A stretch of 63,805 bases of DNA, counting the filler, from Asterionella formosa (lineage: Eukaryota): NCBI GenBank assembly GCA_002256025.1. It is 6 parts of 6 records of this genome, joined end to end, with 100 filler letters (N's around TTAATTAATTAA, not from the genome) between each part and the next. Parts side by side here need not be neighbours in the genome. Positions count along the whole stretch, not along the records: positions 53,275 to 63,805 come from NKIB01009392.1; 5 more parts are not named here. The stretch is one strand, 5' to 3'. The position numbers and the translations under genes were made by a program. Under the pieces are notes generated by a model that did not search any database, was not told the DNA's origin, and worked only from the letters and a program-made list of their open reading frames with translations. Of the stretch, positions 59,031 through 63,805 are shown piece after piece (the stretch's first letter is position 1; each line of letters starts with the position of its first letter).

Positions 59031-59440
59031 TGCTCCTATGTATGTACCAGTTGATGTACTACTACCCAGTATATCAGCGTGTGGATGCAGGAACCACGTA
59101 CCGGTACCTCCTGGTAAAGTATTTGCACAGGGTGGTATTTGTCGTAGTCACGTGATCATTTTCGTATTCTATCGCCTATTACGTGCTGGAGTGAAAGTAA
59201 CAGCCAAAGCAAAAGCATCATTTGCACAGCTATATGTCGTAGTAGTATCGTGATCATTTTCGTATTCTATCGCCTAGTACTTCGTGGTGAGTTGCCTGGT
59301 ATATACACCTGGTACCAGGTTACAGGTGACGTACCATGTGCATCACCATGCTCCTTGAAAATAATACCGGTATATATATTTAAAGATGTATATGATAGAA
59401 ATAAAGAATAATAAATATTATTTATGATGTCTTACTGTTG

Positions 59441-59585
59441 ATTTCGACATCAAGTATGGCATATGAACGGATTCTGGATTCCGCCCCGTGGTACACTCGT
59501 GTGTGGAATATTTTGTATGTAGCCTGTTCATATCTGACCTACGTAAATGTCAAAGTGTCCGGTAAAACTGAAATGCAACTCATCA
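59441..59585 (+). repeat. Dispersed repeat, homolog of 3178..3324
   Basis: Reverse-complement match over ~145 bp. Confidence 0.8.
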
Positions 59586-59879
59586 TCAGAGAACTCTTCT
59601 GATGAATCACATAAATCACAAGCTTCTCATTTAATTGCTTGTGGAGTCTCAAACTCCATCACAGAATGGTGGATCATTAGTAGGACCAGTAGCAGCAATT
59701 GCAACAGGAGAAGGTGCAGCCGCAGCAGCAGCAACAACTACAACCACAGCAGGACGAGGTGCATAGAGAGGGAATGGCGGCTGGTGGTCACCATGGTGAT
59801 TTGGTGTCATCAAATCTTGTAGTTAGAGCTTGCCTTGTTTGTGGAACAGGCAAATCACCTGACTTGTGTTTAGACGCAT

Positions 59880-60405
59880 CCATAAAGAAAAAACCCGAGG
59901 GAAACAGTGCTGAAGATGATTAAAGAAGCAGAATTTATGACATACCTATGGCCTAGATTACGAAAATATGCAAAGGGAAACATTTGTTCCAGACTTACCA
60001 AACTGGAAGTCCTGGCTTATGATGTGACCAGTGAAATAAGGCACTTCCGCACAGTTACTGATTCAGCACTTATGTTCCAACATTTGCTCCAGCGCAACAG
60101 CGACCATTTTGCCCAAGCCGCCGACACTCCCTTTGTTTATGGTCTCTTTGGATAGCACCTTCATCCGTTTAAGCAAAATTCATTCGCGGAATCTATCCTC
60201 CAGGGTACATTAGATATAACACAGTTTGACGCAAACAATGCCATTCTTGCATGCATCTCAGAAATACGTTACCCACCAGTGGGTAAAGATGGCTCCTCTC
60301 CATTCCCGTCGGCAATCTCTCTTAAATAATTTCAACATTGTTTTGAGCTGACCTCAGAAAAGATGTCTTCCTCTCCCAGCAGTTGCCACTTGGGCCATTA
60401 TGGGG
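59880..60405 (+). mobile_element. Diatom-type LINE relic (pre-RT region)
   Basis: HLLQRN..HFAQA..TPF and E.MSSSPS.CHLGHY motifs. Confidence 0.65.
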
Positions 60406-61107
60406 CGACTTTTTTCTTTTTTGTTATAATTATGATAGTAATGTGTTCTTTCGGTTTCATGAAAATAGTTTTTCTAACTATATAGGGGATATTGACAAAT
60501 CTGCCCTCTTGTTTTCCCGCAAATATATAACAGGCCAAGAAAGATAGTCAAGACAAAGTGATTGACGAAAATTTCTTTTCATTGCAAGCTCGCCTCAGCA
60601 CTTAACTTTCCAAAATCAAAAACATGTAATCAATTGCAGAAGATAATCAGCAGGGGAATGTGTTTCAACGACATGCAAATACTGTTGTGCCAAAGTTGTG
60701 ACAGAAGAATGCAATAATAGTAGGTTGTTATATTGTATTAATAATCTACAATTGAATTACCCAGAACATCGTCACCCTTCACCCAAAGTGAGTTTTAATG
60801 GAAAGATCAGTGTATAGCCCTTCATTCAGCAGACTCTGGCGCTTGGGATCTTGATGAAGAGGCCAGCAGGGACAATGACAAAACGAATTTAGCAGTTACA
60901 AAGCGGAGTTATGCACACATGGTGATTAAAAATGTATTACTGGTGATTCAGGAGAAGTGACTAGTCAACGAAGATGAAAATGGTTTCTAAGACAGTATAC
61001 ATACATTATGACACAGCAAGAATTATGGTCTGAACAATAGCTAAGTAAACGGTAAAAATGGAAAAGTTACCTTCAATATACTTACATGCCCTTGGTACCA
61101 ACATCAA

Positions 61108-62313
61108 TTATGTCATTTCCATCATATTCCCTGATCCTCGATAGGGCTCTCTATATTCCATTGTACTGACTGGAATATGACCACCATGATATCGATTTCC
61201 CAGTAAATTTCGGCACGGCATGGTTACCATCTTGAATCCACATCCGATCAAGGTAATGGCTAGTCGACAAACACTAGCAAAAATGCCATCTGGATTTTCA
61301 GACATTTGGTATGCAGTGAAGATCATTGCACACATTGCCAATAAGATCCCTAGGCCTCCAGCGGTCTTTGCTTCTTTTTCAACCTGGGCAAGTGCCATTT
61401 CTTCTTCCTGCAGGGCCAGGTCATCTCCGGACACCGGTTCGGGCAAGCCTTTCTCAGCGTTTGGTGGTTGGTATCCAGGCAAAGCATCTTCTCCTTCCAA
61501 ATGGTCGTCCGTCCCAGGTTCGGTGCTGACAGGAACAACTTTCGGCGGAAACGATGGCGCGAGCGTCGGTGAAACTGTAATATCTACAATAGGAGCCTTG
61601 GTCGGTGGAGGCACTGGGGCCTTGGTGAGCGGTACAACCGGAGCTTCCGGCGAAAGCTCAGTAGGGTGAGGCGTTTTGTGTCGTGGCGCACGCGGCGCTT
61701 GGGTTTTGTAGACAATAACGACGGGAGGTTCCATCTGTGGAGATTCCACAGGTGCATACGTTTTGTAGACAATTTGAACGGAAGATTTTGTCTTTGGGGG
61801 CTTCGACGCCCGCGACTTCGGTTCAGGATCACTGGGAGCAATGCTTGATGGAAGCAACGAAACAACTTCGTTGACAGGAGGTATTGTTTGTTTGTATCCG
61901 GCATTGATATTTATTGGTGGCTTGACTGGTTTAGCAGGTTTATTCTGGATAGCTCTGGGTTCTGGTTTCACTATGGATTTCTTTGGAGCCTTAGTCGCAG
62001 TCTTGTCGGCTCGGTCTCGTAGAGTGGTGTCCCCATTACCAGCGACTGGGGAACTTGAAGGTAAAGATTCCTTGGTTGCAACTGTAACCTTCCCACTTTC
62101 TGACACTGCGGTGGCGGTGACTGTATGGACCGGACTTTTTAAGGCAGCGGAAGCATCCTGACCGAATACATTCAAATTAAATAGTCGGTGCAGGTCAATG
62201 GCACCGCTGCTGATAGATCGTTGCTGTTCGCCTCGCAGCCTTTCACTCCGGCATTCTCGGCACAGTGTGACAATCAGTACAACCAGTTTTATCGAAGCAG
62301 AAGAGGGTCTCAT
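61108..62313 (-). CDS. Pro/Thr-rich single-pass type I membrane protein
   Basis: Signal peptide, RLRG motif, PTKAP/PTLAP repeats, C-terminal TM followed by ENPDG...CRL cytosolic segment. Confidence 0.8.
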   Translation of the reverse strand: MRPSSASIKLVVLIVTLCRECRSERLRGEQQRSISSGAIDLHRLFNLNVFGQDASAALKSPVHTVTATAVSESGKVTVATKESLPSSSPVAGNGDTTLRDRADKTATKAPKKSIVKPEPRAIQNKPAKPVKPPININAGYKQTIPPVNEVVSLLPSSIAPSDPEPKSRASKPPKTKSSVQIVYKTYAPVESPQMEPPVVIVYKTQAPRAPRHKTPHPTELSPEAPVVPLTKAPVPPPTKAPIVDITVSPTLAPSFPPKVVPVSTEPGTDDHLEGEDALPGYQPPNAEKGLPEPVSGDDLALQEEEMALAQVEKEAKTAGGLGILLAMCAMIFTAYQMSENPDGIFASVCRLAITLIGCGFKMVTMPCRNLLGNRYHGGHIPVSTMEYREPYRGSGNMMEMT

Positions 62314-62901
62314 GGTTGCTGTCTATCACGAAAGTATCGGTAGACTACGGTAAGGGCAATGCAAGTCATGGAAATGAAAACATACAAACTTGACTTTGGT
62401 TCATTACGGACCAAATACATACGATATACGAGAAATATGCTGTACCGCCAAAAGGCAGATATCAATCTTGATTAATATTCCAGCCAAAATCCCGTATTGA
62501 AATGCTGTGAGAATTTGAGCAGCATTGATTGCCAAGAACTATATCAGCAAACCAAGGTAAATATTCAAATGGAGAATGTTCTACGAAATCAACATTTCAC
62601 TGAAGGAAAGGTATATATTGAATATTCATGAATGTTCTACTAAGTAAGTGGAGTTGAGTTGTCAGTTGAGAGTTGAATGTCTAGCAGCACAATGAATACC
62701 TGTATACAAATTTGGGAAGAGAACCTTAATGATTGTTCATGTGAATGATTACAAGATAGATCAAATAAGCTCACAATAAGGTGGCATTAGAACAGAAGTT
62801 TTTAGTACACTGAGCTTGTCTAGAAAGAGCTAGCATTGCAGTCAGACTGCAGAAGAATTTAACAGTGTGTACCCTGGTACTCCTACCATAATATAGACTA
62901 A

Positions 62902-63805
62902 GGGCCGTTCTTATCATTCTGTTTATTTGTTGTCATTGGTGTATCATCACCGAAATATGATACAAAAATGGCTGTTTGGTTTTTTGTGTATCACCAACGG
63001 TTTTTTTTGGTCTGATCACCAGTGTATCATGGTTGTATCACTGATACAGTTTTTGGACCCCTTACCAATGCTGTATCACTGATACAGCCGTTGATCACTG
63101 TGTATCATGTCCGTTGGCACTGATAAAATAGCCGTAAATACGCAAGCACAACACTATTAAATATTGCGCCAACTATTTTTTGTTATATAGATATGGTACT
63201 CTGTATACATTACCTTTCAGCTTCATCAGTCAAACAAGAATCAGTAGTCCGCTCAACTCTATACTACCTATCTTCCAACATCGACTATATCTCGATTAAT
63301 TGGCGCAATGAGCAGCAAAGTAGTGGGTACAGCTGAAACTTCTGATGCTGCCTCTATTCCCATTTCGGAAGAGAATCAATGCATTGTAGCTGATGAGGAC
63401 GTCGAAGATATTGTTGAGTTGTCTACTGCTGATCCAACTGACATTGACGAGATGGTTCCTCCACCTGAAATGAAAATACCTCCAACTGCTGACACACTGG
63501 CGGCTCGACATTGACGAGATGGATCCATCCGAAAATGTTGTACCTGCAACTACTGGTACACTTCTTGACATTAACGAGATTGGTCCCCCTGAAAAGAGGA
63601 AACCCTTTCCCGGTTGGCTAGCCAATATTGATGAGTTCGTCAACTCGCTCATAGTACCAGATGACTTTATTCTGGATGAAAGTGGGCTGGGATTGATTCA
63701 TATAAAAGGAATCGACATAAAACATATATCTGTCAAGGTACTTCGAAAAATTTGCGTGAGATTTAAAGTGTCAGGGTACAGGAATGGCAAGAAGGACTTC
63801 ACTAT
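62902..63805 (+). mobile_element. Second PIF/Harbinger-like element end plus accessory ORF (63308 onward, frameshifted)
   Basis: cTAA|GGGCCGTTCTTATCATTC terminus; gtatca/tgatac subterminal repeats; ORF FVNSLIVPDDFILD..IKGIDIKHISVKVLRK..RFKVSGYRNGKK. Confidence 0.65.

Overview
Eukaryotic, gene-sparse, transposon-rich DNA, most likely from a diatom (inferred from CoDi-like Copia, diatom-type LINEs, a CryptonS-like recombinase, an HA-repeat protein and a bipartite plastid leader). The window is not contiguous. It is six unrelated scaffolds of decreasing length (10581, 10556, 10551, 10544, 10542, 10531 bp) joined by 100-bp N/TTAATTAATTAA spacers. Host genes: a COG3899/AAA_16 STAND-like ATPase split across the two overlapping ends of scaffold 1, an S28 peptidase, a DUF3291 protein, a large TPR protein, an MFSD13A-like transporter, SNAPC3, an HA-repeat protein, an APC polyamine/amino-acid transporter, a nucleotide-diphospho-sugar transferase, a plastid FNR-like oxidoreductase and a Pro-rich membrane protein. 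Mobile DNA: a full-length degenerate Copia nested in a Ginger-like integrase transposon, a tRNA-Ala-derived SINE family (one copy with a 19-bp TSD inside a Crypton-like tyrosine recombinase relic), PIF/Harbinger-like elements carrying an unknown ORF, MITEs and LINE relics.
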